This document shows, in pieces, positions 28,115 to 41,689 of a stretch of 64,000 nucleotides of DNA. Both the position numbers and the translations under genes were made by a program. The stretch lies in contig OX597823.1 of NCBI GenBank assembly GCA_951406725.2, positions 44,454,001-44,518,000 of the forward strand, in the 5' to 3' direction. The DNA is from Octopus vulgaris. Taxonomy: Eukaryota. The notes beneath the pieces are model-generated. The model was not told the DNA's origin and searched no databases. It saw nothing but the letters and a program-made list of their open reading frames with translations. Positions within the stretch are counted from its first letter, which is position 1. The number at the start of each line of letters is the position of its first letter.

Positions 28115-31015
28115 TTTGTATTCGCCACAACGGGCTATACATAAATGGACAAAACAGGACAGACAATAACAAATAAGGGTCTACAACAGGGCGGAATGGA
28201 CGGATGGAATAACAATATGAATAGAATTAACAAAAACGAAAATGTTTACATAACAATTATGATATAACTAGGTGAAATGTTGGGCATAGAGACCCCACAA
28301 GCCACGACCCAGCACTGTCCTCACACGGGAGACTAATTATTATGTTGAAGTTGGCCACATTCATATTCAACATCAAGCCGCTTGCATCCATCAAAGTTCA
28401 CACACGGCGGTAGTAACTCTATCTCTAGCCTTATTTTTCTTTTTAGGTGGTAAGAAAAATATTTGATTAAACCCTGGCCAGAGAGAAAGTTGCCCGTCTT
28501 TATTCCTTTTACTCTTGTCAGCCATACGACCTCTTTCGCTATAGCCACCAAGCAGAGAAAAGTTGTCTGCTTTCCCGGCTAAAGGAAGGAGAAGGGACAA
28601 TCTTAATGATGGACTCAGTTGGAAATTGTACTCCTCCTAGAGGCGACAGTAGGTGTTCTACGTAAACTCAAAGATCTGAAACCAACGAACACTATATGAT
28701 AGCGTGCAGAACAGTTTCGTTGCTTTGTTCGCATCTCGAACATGCCCGTGTGTCTGCATATCTGTACCTGAAGAGTTTTTCGTGAACAAGGAACGCTCCT
28801 CGGTAGCACTGCCAGACCTGGGCTTTCTGGTAGTTATCCATGGACCCCGGCCTCAGAGTCCTCCTGAACAGACTGATGAGATGACCGTCATCGAAGCTCA
28901 GAGTTTCCCCCCAGAACGGCACTGCACTTACCAACCATTAATCCTATATAAAAGGACGAGGTAGAGCCCCCACCGCTCGCCTTGCCCGTTCAGCAGAGAA
29001 GCGAGAGGGCCTGACGGTACTCTGCTTGCCAAGCACCCAGCTTAGGTCTACGCTTGATCCATGAGTTCAATTCACTAAAGGAGTCGAACTGTGCGAAGAT
29101 CAGTTTCACGAAGGGTGACCACATCTGTTCACCGTCTAGGTAGAGCTGGAGATGTCTCAGCCTTAGCGCATGTCTGCACATTTTCAGCTAAGGAATGTCC
29201 AGCCTTCCATTTAGCGGTAGTTGACAGCAAATAGAACGTCTGACCAGCGGACCCCTCTTTCTCCACAAAAAAGTGGAAAAGCAGGCGCTCCCCGCTTGAC
29301 CAGACACGAATCCGAGCAAGGTACGACGGTTAGGCGGTAGATGATGACGGATTCGATAAACATATTCACCACCTCCGCCCTCCCTTTCAAGGACAGCTTC
29401 TTATCGGCCCATTTCTGGGTGAGATTGGCCACCTTGCTCGTAATCTTATCCCAGTTTCTCTCTATTTGGAGGTCTGGACCAAACGAGCAATTTCACCGGG
29501 CCATCCGTCCAGCGTCCTACGACGTTGTTGGGGGGGGGGCATCGACCTGCCTCTCCAGGTCCCAAAGAAAGCCTCTAGGCTTCTGAAATAGTCGGATTGT
29601 CTCGTGTCGTTTGGAGAATAAACAGCAACCAGTCTGAAGGCACTGTCGCTGCTGTGCGTCACATCAAGGACGACCAACTTGCCCTCTGGGTCCACAAAGA
29701 TTGTCTCGATTTCTAAATCAGGCCTTTCCGGAATAAGACCAGTTTCTCCGCCTCCTCTGGGGTGGCATGGAGATAAGTATATCTCCTAGCCATTGAGGAG
29801 GGGAGAAGGACCTGCGGATCGGTCAGCCTGGTTTCACTGGCGACTATGACATCCAAATCCCATGACCTGAGATCGTTTAGCAAGCCTGCTTGTTTCCAAT
29901 ACGATTCCTGGCCACGCACATTCACACTGCTAAGCTTGAACGAAACTATGAGGTGAGATAAAAAAAATTATTTACTTACTTTGAGATCGAAGGGGTGGGG
30001 ATAGGGATGTAGAGATATCCTCCCCTCCCGGTGTGGCTTGTGGAGTGTCCTTGATTAAGTTCTGAAAAATATGTTTCATGAAATGCAGCTGTAAAGTTCC
30101 AGTATCATCAGGGAATTGTTCTTTTAGTTTGATATATGAATGACTATCGATTTTTATTAGTTCTTTGTGTTCAGGAATTTGTGTTTGTGTTTGTGTGTGT
30201 GTGTGAGTGAGAGAGAGAGCATTGAATGGTGTGAGGGGGCGTTGAAAGGTGTGATGCGGGAATTTTCATTCGTATTTTATTAAGTGTGTATTCTTGGTGT
30301 TAATTGCTGTGATGTTAGTGACAGATTTGGGATTATGAGATGCAGGTGTGTGTGGGGTGTGTGCTTGTAGTGTGGTGTGTGTCTGTGGGGCAGGATGGGG
30401 TGGGGTTCGGGGAAGTGTTTTTTTCTTTTCCTTCTTTTCTTTGTCACATCTTTCCATTGCTTGTCTGTTGTTGAGTTGTCTTGACTTTCTGTGGTAATGT
30501 TGGTGCTAGTTGGTATGGTGTTTTGGTTGTTAGCATTATCCTTGTGAGCATTACTCGTCCTGGTGTCCGGCGCGGGGCTTGTTGGTGGCACTGGGCTGGT
30601 TTTGGTGTTGTTTGCCTAGGCCTGGTGCTCTGAAGACTCATCTGGTAGTGGGTAACCCGTTGCTGAGGTATCCGGTGGGCAAGAGCTTGTGATGTGGCCC
30701 TTTTGACCACATTTATAACATCCGGGCCCTCGTCCCTCCACTATTACTCGGAGGGTTGTGCCATCCAATAACTTTATTAAATTTGGAAATGACTCGAGAT
30801 CCTGTTGGGTGGCCTGGATTATAATTCCCAGGCCTTGGCCCCTTTAGTTTTGTTGGTGCAGCTTCGTGACTTGCAGTATGGAAATATTACTTTCCAAATC
30901 GAGTCGCCACTAGCCACACCAAGTCAGTTTCCGGTGGGACCTTCCAAATTTTTCTTGACGTGCGTCTGCCCATATAAGTGGGCAGCAGCACCAATTCGTT
31001 GGTCTTCAAAGGCAC
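28115..31015 (-). mobile_element. L1/Tx1-like LINE with RT core deleted
   Basis: ORF1 knuckle CYKCGQKGHITSSC (~30680-30725). APE endonuclease NVRG..LNDL..SETRL and RLVAVYSPN. Junction near 29560 jumps to post-RT LSLKGRAEVVN. C-terminal CSRC..ETVLHA. 3'UTR to ~28115. Confidence 0.85.
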
Positions 31016-31319
31016 TGTAATCGGCTTACCTCCTTCTCCGAAATTTCTGGCCATGTGCCAAAATTTGAAAGCGATATTATCAATATATTAGAGCCTTCAG
31101 GGAACTCATTAACCGAAAGTAGTATCAGCATGGTAAAGAACTGAAGCTCGATTCTTTCTTTAAGCTAATATGTCCCCAATCTGTTACAATTTTATACCCA
31201 TTGATGATATTGATGACCCATCTGTTTTTCACTCCCTCCCACCCTCTACAGTCACTTCGGACTCCAGAAAGAAGTACTAGCGCCTTATAACTCTAGTAAT
31301 TAATAATTCTTTCTGAAAT

Positions 31320-32137
31320 GTTTAAGGAGGAGACCAGTCGTTTACATCGACCCAAGTACTCGAATGGTACTTACTTTATTGACCCCGAAAGGATGAATGA
31401 AAAGCAATGTCGACTTCGGCGGAATTTGAGCTCAGAACGCAAAGCTGGAAGAAATACTGCTAAGTATTTTGTCCGGTGCGCTAACGATTCTGCCAGCTCG
31501 CCGCTTTGCCCTAGTAACTAATGATAATCATCAAAAATTTTGATTCAAGGCTGGCAATTTTCTGGGAGGAGAAGGTTGATTACATTGACCCAATGCTCAA
31601 CTGGTACTTATTTTATCGACTACGAAAGGATGAAAAGTAAAATCGACCTTGACGGAATTTAAACTCAGAACATAAAGAGCCGGACGATATACCGTTTAGC
31701 ATTTTGTCCAGCGAGCCAACAATCCCGTCAACTCACCACCTTTCTAGTAATTAGTAATTCTTTCCGCTATAGGCACAATGCATGGCATTTTTGGTGTGGG
31801 GGTGCTAGTCGATTATATCGCTCCAGTGTTTGACTGGTACTCGTTTTATCGACCCTGAAAAGATGAAAGGTAAAGTCGACCTCGCGCGGAATTTGAATTC
31901 AGAACGTAAAAAACCGGAAGAAATGCCGCAATGCATATTGTCCGGTGAGCTAACGATTCTGCCCAATTTGCCACCTTCTTCATAACAATTAATATTCCTT
32001 TCTACTATAGGCACAAGGCCTGGAATATTTTAGGGGAGTGGGGTAAGTCATTATATCGATCTCAGTGCATAACTGGAACTTATTTCCTCGAACCTAAAAG
32101 GATGAAAGGCAAAGTTGCTCCGGTGGAATTTGAACTA
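31320..32137 (-). mobile_element. Four tandem SINE family A copies
   Basis: Four repeats of GGTACTTATTTTATCGACCC.GAAAGGATGAAAGG.AAAGTCGACC..GGAATTTGAAC in the same orientation. Confidence 0.85.
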
Positions 32138-32964
32138 GTGTAGTAACTGTTAATGACAAGCTATCGCCTGTACCGCAATCGCTACCTTTACCTCATGTCA
32201 TCTACCACGGGTAAGTGAAATTAAGTTGGGGTGTTAACTTCGTAGCATTTGCATTCTGTAATTTTAATTAATTTTATGAAATATATATATATATTTATAC
32301 GTTATGTATACGATGTCTACACTATTCTTTATAATTTTGTTACTGTTTATCACTTTCAGCATTTATTTTTATAGCTTCTCAAGAAATTTTCAGATTGCAT
32401 CCACATATAAAAGCTCTCTCCATTTGTTCTGGTTGATTGCCATTTCATATGTAGATTTTACTCGGAATTATTCTTCACAAGTTGCAAGCCAGCTGAAAGT
32501 AGTTTATTTTCAGATTTTTCTTTCTTCTAAAAGCTTAGCGCACAGCGTTTGTGTGTGTGTGTGTATTTAGTTACAGTTTAATACCTACTTCAGTTTTATT
32601 TCCTCATAACTTTTTTTTAATAATACCTAGGTTTTTTTTTTTAATGAAATTTCGCAGAGATACGTTTTTGAAGGGGTAGATCATTTTATTGGTGAACTTA
32701 AAAGAAAGAAAAGTTATTCAGAAAGAAAAATAATTCCGTATCCTTTCAACCATTCCTGCACAACATAAAAAGATAACAACTTGACAGCATACCGATTTAT
32801 ATTATTCATTACCAAGTTGAAACCAAAAAGTATGGCCGAAGAGATTTACGCTTTACCTTCTGCATTACAGATCGGAAGAATTCAGTAATGACGCAATTAG
32901 CAAATTTATCTACTACCATACAGATGGTAATATCCCGCAATGTGCCTTGTTTCTCTTAATATTC

Positions 32965-33400
32965 ATTTCAAATTTTGGCACAAGGCCAGCACTTTCGGGG
33001 CGGGGGTGGGGTAAGTCGATCACATCGACCCCGGTTTTCAACTGGTTCTTATTTTGACGACCTCGAAATGAGGAAAGGCAAAGTCAAGCTCAGCAAAATT
33101 TGAACTCAATGTACAAAATGTCGCTAAGCATTTTGCCCGGTGTGCTAACGATTCTGCTAGCTTGCCGCCTTCCCTTAACTAATATTGGTTTCAATCTTTG
33201 GCACAAGGTCAGCGAGTTCGGAAGAAGCATAAGTCTATTAAATTGACCCCGGTGTCCAACTGGTACTTATTTAATTGTCTCCGAAAGGATGAAAGGCAAA
33301 CTCGACCTAGGCGGAATTTGAAATCAGAACGTAAAGACGGACGAAATGCCGCTTAGCATTTTGCCCGGCGTGCTAACGATTCTGCCAGCTCGCTGCCTTC
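32965..33400 (-). mobile_element. Two tandem SINE family A copies
   Basis: Same motifs as above, with the head ending CTAACGATTCTGCCAGCTCGC.GCCTT on the plus strand. Confidence 0.85.
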
Positions 33401-34094
33401 TTTTCTCTAATATTGGAGCTAGAGTTATAAGAGGCAAAAGGAGTGCTTGTCCCGATCCCCCTTTCCATAGGTTACTCCGTCCCTCTTGTCAGAGACAAAT
33501 TTCATGAACCTGAGGCAAGTTTGATTAGAAATTTAAGGTAAGTTTCGTCAATTGCTTAGTATTTTATGTTTTTACTTCCTTTCTTAGAATTTTTGTGAGA
33601 GTTTTTTTGTATATTTACTAAAAGTTCTGTGGCAGCTCTGGTACAAATTTGTCAGTTCTAGCATTTAACATATATGTATAACATTTAACATATTTAGCAT
33701 ATATGTGTACTTTTATACAACTTTACATTTATCTATAACTGATCAGTTTCGTTTGCATTTTATATTTGTATGCGTTATTCCCCAATTTCAGTTACATGCA
33801 ATAAACGGACTTTGCTGTGCACTTTAATTTTAGCGTATGAAAAGCTCGCATGAACTGAAGTATCCCAGTCCCAGTCTAAATCTGTCAATGTTTGATATCA
33901 TTATGTTGTGCAATGATCCTAAGCAAGTTATTAAAATCTACCTCCATAAAATTTTATTAACATATTTGAATTATTAAGAAAGCTATAAGGCAGACACTAA
34001 ATTATAGTTATGCCTCAGGTATTAACCCCAAACTTGAACGATTAATTAAAACGGGTAACCTTCTTCGTTATTAGTATGGTATGACGAAGGTTCA

Positions 34095-34166
<72 letters not shown>

Positions 34167-34273
34167 ATTAATATTCAGTTGAATTAGGTACATAAGTTGA
34201 GGCACCGAGTCCGTGCAGCTCGAAGTTAGGTGAATAAAAAGTAAATAAGTAACGTGGATGTCCAGGTATCAGT

Positions 34274-34358
34274 GCATTACGGCCGTTTCAAGCGGCTTCA
34301 TTTAATCGATCAATGTAAACATTACATCAATTTGAAATAAACCGCTCTCTTTGGATGC
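34274..34358 (-). ncRNA. Hammerhead motif with degenerate first core box
   Basis: Minus strand: GCAT-CCAAAGA(for CTGAAGA)-GAGCGG...CCGCTT-GAA-ACGGCCGT-A-ATGC. All three stems are intact. Confidence 0.6.
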
Positions 34359-34714
34359 GTACGACCATATAGATTTCCAACATACAGGATATTCCATTAT
34401 AATTTTTTAGTAAATTTTTCATCAGTACTAGAGACTAAAATACATGACTTCTTTTTGCTATTATTGTAGAAGAGTGAATTTAGGGGAAAACACCTAAAGC
34501 CTACTATAATTTAGAGTGGCAGAAAGAAAGAATGGGGGTCAATAAAAAGGAATGGTGATATAGCTACATTCATCTTTATCCTTATCACATTCAAAAGATA
34601 AATTAATTAATGTCACATACTATTCCCTACCCGTATTTCACTATGACCATAAAATCAGCCATACCTACATAAAAGTACCCTAGTAACTTAGTTGCTTTAT
34701 TCATATATATATAT

Positions 34715-37135
34715 ATGTATGTCATTATTAAGTTTTATTTCAAGATTTCTTGCCAAGATTTTAACCTTGACCCAAGGCTCCTCCATTGTAATTTCAACAT
34801 CAACATAATTTTTTTGCATGTATGTATATGTGCAGTATTTGGAATCAGTGCACGTGTAGATTTGTATGTCTTGTTTTATGTATGCATTCTCATGCATATA
34901 GTTGCATGTTTAGACATGCACATATATACTTAAATAACAAACTTCTTGAAAGTTTTACAGATTTTTACACTTCCAGTGATGGCTTGGATGTGTAATCTTC
35001 GAATCAGCTTATTCCTTTCTGGTTTTGAGAAGCCTAATTTCTCAAGATTGGTATTTAGGCAGTGTGTTACATATCCTAATGCCCCAATAATTACAGGTAT
35101 AAACTTGTAATCTGGGTAGAGTAACTGTAGATTTCTCAATAGTTCAGCATAGGTATTCTCTTTTTGCTGATCTTTAGCTTTTTGTTAACATCTGCTGTGC
35201 AGCTGATTTCCACAACTTACACAGTTTCTCTTCTCTATCCCAAATCATTATATCAGGTCTATTGTGTTTACATTTATTGAGGTTTTCACTGGGACATTCT
35301 ACCAGTACTCCTTATTATGAGTGACTAGAACTTCTACTATACTGTGGATTCTTATTTTTTGGCTTCAAGATAATTCTTCCGACGGATCCCATTATACAGT
35401 GTCCTAGCTACATCATACCTCATCGGCAGATAATACTGTGATGACATTTTCGGACAACGGCTTATGGTGTAGGTGATATCCTCGGTGTTGACTCCACGAA
35501 ATCTGCATTGGTTATCACATTTTTGGTGCTTTTTATGCATCTCTGTCCCTTTTGTGCACCAAGTATTTGGTTGATATTTCCTGTTCCTGGATTGTAAACG
35601 CATACTCTTCAAAGTGGGAGTTAGCAATCTGGTTGCTGTTCCGTGATAGACTGCTTTGATGATCAGTGTTACTGTCATCTCGGAGTAGAACTAACGAATT
35701 CATGTGTGGTCTTCTAGCGATACACGTTCATCCTTTCACCTGATGATACGTTGCGGTAGAGTGGCGCGACTTCTTTGGGCATGTATTTAAGGTTATAAAA
35801 AAAAAGAATGCTGCTCAAGGTGTTGCTTTCCAAGTCTTATGATGTTATCAGCCTCATGTATGCAAACTTGGTCAAGAGATGCACTTCGGCACTTGGTGGT
35901 GAAAACATTTATTGTTTTAAGTAGGTCTACATCGCTGTTGATGTGGAAATTATCTGTGCTGGTTAGTATAGTCCGGGTTTTCATATGAATGGCTCGGATC
36001 TCATCAAACGTCCAGTCAACTAGCCAAAATTTTGGTATGAGTACTGGCGTTGCAAACACATTGTGAGCCACTGTTTTATTGAAAGCAGTGAGTTCTGATG
36101 TTCATGTTTTCTTTATTCGACTGTAATATTCCTCAGTGACACGTGTCTTGTTACAGGTACCATCATAAGATAAGTTTTCATCCACCATTAGATACCTGTA
36201 ACATTCCTTATCAGATATAGGAGAAACAGTTAAATTATTGATGGAGATGTTGCTAGTCTAGTTTACAGTTTTCCCTCTTTTCACAACCATATAGCAACAT
36301 TTAACTTCATCAAACTTCAACCCTATATCCTTTGAGAATGTTGTAACCAGGTCAAGACTCTTTTTGTTCTCATCCATATTCTTGGAATATAGTTTCAAGT
36401 CGTCCATGGAGAAACAGTGTGTAATTTTGGTATTTCTGTTTCCTTATAAACCAGTGAGATATTCGTCAGAATCCTTAATATGAATGACAAGGGGATTTAC
36501 AGAAAGTATAAACAGCATCACAAAGAGGCTGTCTCCTTGGAATACACATCTGCGATACTGTATTCTATCAATGACAATTCAATCACTCATTGTATTTAAC
36601 TTCAAAATGGTGGCCCACAATGAAGTCAGCTCAGCTATTGCTTTGACTATGCTCACTGGAAGTTTAGCTAGTCGAAGGGCTTCTAGCATCCATTAGTGGG
36701 GAACAGAGTCAGAGGCTTTCTTGTAATGTAGCCACATTGAAACTAGGTTTCTCCTATGCTCCTTGATATGTCACGCATTATGACGACGTATTTTGTCGTC
36801 TACGTGACTGGCCCGAACGGCTTACCTCGCCGACTAACACTGCTTGCTGTGTCTGTCCACTATTTATCAGTAGTGGAACTGCCCACTTCACACTTGGGGG
36901 TGTCCGCCACAATTCTTCCTCCCCATTGACATTTTTTTCTTCCACTCAGAATTATTTTTCTCTTTAGAATGCCGGTTGCGCTACTAACACATAGCAACCT
37001 GACTTAAATCCTTCACATGGACTTATTATTATTCTTTCTTCCACACAAAATTATTTTTCTCTTCAGAATGCTGCAGGTAGTACCAGTCTACATTGTTTAC
37101 CGGTAGCACATAGCGACCTGCCTAAAACCCTTCAC

Positions 37136-37184
<49 letters not shown>

Positions 37185-38618
37185 CATCATCATCATCATC
37201 ATCATCATTATCATCATCATCATCATCATCATCATTATTATTATTATTATTATCGTTATTGTTATTGTTGTTGTTGTTGCTGTTGTTGTTGTTGTTTTCT
37301 TCTTCTACACTGAATTATTTTTCTCTTCAGAATGCCGAAGGTAGTACCAGTCTACATTGTTTGCCGGTAGCGCTACTAACACATAACGACCTGGCTAAAA
37401 TCCTTCGAACGGATTTATATTATTTTTCACTGCGTGTAGTTAACTTCCGAGTTAGAGTTCCAGTTTTATCAGACATTTTTTTCTTCAGAATTTTTTTTCA
37501 ATAGAATTTATATATTTCTCACTGTGTGTATATTAATTTTCACTGTGTGTAGTTCAGTTCCTTCTTGAACAAGATTTATTCTTCACTACGTGTGTACGAA
37601 ACCTCGTCGCCACTGATATGTCCCGCATTATGATGACGTGTTTCGTCGTCTGCGTGACTAGCCCGTACGGCGTACCTCGTCGACTGACGCTGCTTGCTGT
37701 GCCTATCCACTATTTATCAGTAGTGGAATAGCCCGCTTTTCACTTGGGGGTGTCCGCCACAAGACTTCCGCATCTCAGACATTACTGTTTTGTTTATTAA
37801 CAATTGCTCAGCTATCCCCAGATTCCTTTCCTCCCAACTGCTTGTTCTGCTGTGATCATGTTATTACTTTCACAATGGTCTTAGAGGAAGAAGTTTAAAC
37901 ATGCTGTATATATTTTATACATTAAATTCTGGCATGCTATTGGCCGGTAGTTTTTTGCCTTGTGGGTGGTTCTGCATTTGGGGATCAATTTATTCTCTGC
38001 CAGAGCTAACCAGTGTGTTATGCTATTATCCTCATTGGGAGCTTGCTGGTACAGGTTGATAAGATATGGTCGGTAGAAGGTTAGCTTCTTGTTAATTTCA
38101 GATATATTTTTAAAAATTAAGTTACTTTCACTAATTTTCTTCCTATATTGCACAAATACTGCTTGTTGGAGTAAGCAGGAAAATAATTTATTTCTGGATG
38201 ATGATTGCTCCAGTATGATTTCATTCTATGGAGTTTTGCTCCGCTCTTTTAGTTAAATAAATCAGTATTCAATTCATAACTCCAAGTAAATATGTTTTGT
38301 AGTTACGGTTTCTTCTATAACTACAGCTGAAGAAAATCTTTTTAACTACTGAGCTGTTATTTTCGTTCTGTTCCTCGGTTGAGTTGTTGATATTTTGTCC
38401 AACCATGTTTGTAGTAACTCTCTGCATGGTAAATTCAAGTTTCAGTCGAAAATCATAACGATCTTGAATAAAAGACTCCCTCGGTTAATTTATCTGGAGA
38501 TTAACCAGTTATTTAACAGGGCTGATTGTTGTAGTTTCAAAGTTGGAGATAGTATTGATAGTATTTTCGATAGTCTCCCACGCCAAATACACGACTTGCC
38601 GCGTCGAGTCCGGACGTA
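34715..38618 (-). mobile_element. Long decayed R4/Dong-like retrotransposon, interrupted by an LTR element
   Basis: RT motifs LIPK..AKNYRPIACQNLMYKIYT, KKASDSVPH, FQGDSL, MDDLKLY and YRYL; zinc knuckle remnant; endonuclease RPDIMIWD..EISC. Same family as 12040-12730. The 5' extent beyond ~38095 is tentative. Confidence 0.85.
36764..37761 (-). mobile_element. Non-coding miniature LTR retrotransposon (TRIM-like), 998 bp
   Basis: 148-bp direct repeats at 36764-36911 and 37614-37761, each TG...CA. PBS TGGCGACGAGG at 37602-37612 (minus). PPT GGGGAGGAAGAAT at 36912-36924 (minus). No internal ORF; TSD not recognisable. Confidence 0.85.
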
Positions 38619-38645
38619 TTATGTATGTATGAATGTATGTACGTA

Positions 38646-38687
<42 letters not shown>

Positions 38688-38730
<43 letters not shown>

Positions 38731-38922
38731 GTTTAACGTCCGCTTTCCATGCTAGCATGGGTTGGACGGTTCAACTGGGGTCTGGGAAGCCAGAAGGCTG
38801 CACCAGGCCAGTCAGATCTGGCAGTGTTTCTACAGCTGGATGCTCTTCCTAACGCCAACCACTCCGTGAGTGTAGTGGGTGCTTTTTATGTGCCACCGAC
38901 ACAGGTGCCAGACGAGGCTGGC
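38688..38922 (-). mobile_element. SINE 3' part with (GAT)n tail (family C)
   Basis: Minus strand ..GTTGGCGTTAGGAAGAGCATCCAGC..CATGGAAAGCGGACGTTAAACGATGATGAT. Decayed relatives near 4120-4360 and 5311-5355. Confidence 0.65.
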
Positions 38923-39008
38923 GAAATAAACCAATCTAATGTTGGCATCCTAGCTGAGCCACAACCAATAAAAGATTATTTTTTTTTTATATATATTTTT
39001 ATATATTT

Positions 39009-39199
<191 letters not shown>

Positions 39200-39590
39200 G
39201 CTTGTATGTATGCGCCTGTTTGTGTGTGTATCTATATTCATGAAGTCACGTTCTTTACTTCTTTACCAATTCTTACAGTTGCAGAACAGGCAACCTCATA
39301 TGGAACCTTGCAGACAAACCCGGTTATAGCTGATATAAATCATTATGAACCCGATTAACACTCCTAAACACTAACATTCTGTGAAATTAGTAACCTTAAT
39401 TTTTGTATTTTCCTTATTAATAATTCTTATTGTTATCAGATTAGCTATGAAATTTGTAAGCAGCTGATTCAAGATAAATAACTCACTCATTTAAAAGTAA
39501 ATTAGTTTCCTAAGCTATAGTCTTAACGAAAAGAACCACTGAAATGACTACAAGTGTATATTTTGGTCGTCTGAAAATCCTGTGGTTTAT

Positions 39591-39825
39591 ATATTTCTTT
39601 ATTGCCCACAAGGGGTTAGACATAGACGGGACAAACAAGGACAGACAAAGTGATTAAGTCGATTACATCGGCCCCAGTGCGTAACTGGTACTTTATTTAT
39701 CGACCCCGAAAGGATGAAAGGCAAAGTCGACCTCGACGGAATTTGAACTCAGAACGTAACGGTAGACAAAATACGGCCACGCATATCGCCCGGCGTGCTA
39801 ACGTTTCTGCCAGCTCGCCGCCTTA
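39591..39825 (-). mobile_element. Young full-length SINE (family A body, Tx1-like tail) with 10-bp TSD
   Basis: TSD TGTGGTTTAT at 39581-39590 and 39826-39835. CpGs intact. Tail TTGTCTGTCCTTGTTTGTCC..CCCCTTGTGGGCAATAAAGAAA. Confidence 0.9.
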
Positions 39826-40521
39826 TGTGGTTTATCATTGTTAATTGCATCAGAGATATGTAACCATTTCGACAAACTCCGAGTTATAACATTACTAGTC
39901 CTGGAGATTATAAATCGTATAGTTCATGTTTTTGTATTGAGTTCTCTTCCTATTTGTCTCATGTAATTCATATTACACACACACACACGCATGCACGCAC
40001 AAACGTGTAAATCGTCTGCGTTATATAGGTGTTGCGTGCTTGAAAATCTTGCTCCAGAGTCGAATTCCATTGTATCTAACACGTTCTCATCATTGACTTC
40101 AATGTTAAAAGAAAGTGTTAACAATGGTGCCTACATATTTACAAGGCAAAATATATGTTTACTTAAAATATATAACCGTAAGTTTATCTCGTACTTTTAG
40201 AAAGGCCTTCGTTTTCTAGTGCATCTTTTAATTCATTTATATTGCAAAGATTACACTGTTATGCTAATCAGATAAACCAATTTAGTGCACGTATGTTATA
40301 AAGGGCTATGAACTACTATCCTCACTGTGAAGCAGGAATGAATAACAAAATTCAGATGAAGTTTTAATGAAAGCAATTTTTACTCAGATTATTCCTTTTT
40401 TATCTTGTAACAGAATAAAAGCCTACGGTTTAAGCTTGATGGTATTTATTTTTCATAGCAAGGTTTACTAAAAGTGTATGCACAGATTATCGTCATACCT
40501 ACTTATCACATAATTCTGTAG

Positions 40522-40638
<117 letters not shown>

Positions 40639-40700
40639 GAAGCCACCTTGAGCATAGTCCTATGAACCCAGAAATCGAAAACAGAGAGTTGCTTATTTGC

Positions 40701-40733
<33 letters not shown>

Positions 40734-41045
40734 AAATGTGACTTCATTGACCGAGGTTACCGTGGTCTTTTCCGTAGGCTTTTCTTTCCACGGGTAAACC
40801 TCACCTGTCCTCCCCTTTACACTTCATATTGACATTTCTGTGATAACGATCCCTATTGATCAATTTTTTTTCCTCTCCCCCTTTTTTTTTTAACCCCCTT
40901 TTTTTTGTCCTCTTTCTCTCCTTTTACGATCCCTTTTGATCGAAACTCCCCCTTTTTTTTTTTTTTTTTTAAACCTTCAAAAGAAAAGCTCTACCTTGTA
41001 ATTTGTTCTATCTGTGTGCAGCCCTGTGTGGCTAATAAAGAAACA

Positions 41046-41046
<1 letters not shown>
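40639..41046 (+). mobile_element. 5'-truncated Tx1-like LINE 3'UTR embedded in (TATC)n
   Basis: Ends TGTTCTATCTGTGTGCAGCCCTGTGTGGCTAATAAAGAAAC, similar to the 3' end of 28115-31015. Pyrimidine-rich UTR. TATC arrays on both sides. Confidence 0.6.
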
Positions 41047-41095
<49 letters not shown>

Positions 41096-41689
41096 ACTAT
41101 CTATCTGTCTACCTGTCTGTCTGTGTGTGTGTCTGTCTGTATGTATGTATGTCTAAACACACACACACATACATATACATACACACACGCGTATACAAAC
41201 ATACATACACCCACCAACATAAACTGGTTGCGTCGAATATTTGCGAACACAAGTGGGCCATAAATGGATGACAAAGGCGGCGGATTTTCGCCCATAGCAC
41301 CCAGACTTTGTTAAGATAACCCCGTAGTTTTTACAAAATGAAGATGATTTTTATGTAGCCATTATTAGAAGCCTATAGAAAAAGAATTATTTGGATGTAA
41401 ATTCTATTTCGTCCTCTCAATGCTGAGAAGGCTCCAAAATTTCCCTCACATCCTGCTGGCGTCCGTAGTAGGTGGTCGGGTCAATACTTATCATTTGCAG
41501 AATCACTGAACTAATTAAATATTATATGTCAAGCGCCAAATTTTAACTTTCTGATTTTTTTCCAGACATATCGACAGCATCAACAGAGAAGATTCCAATT
41601 TGAAATAGAAATTGAAAAGGTACCCCAAGTTCATGGCTCTAACTACCAACCACAGTGAATCGGAGATCATCTTTTCCTTGAACGTAATC

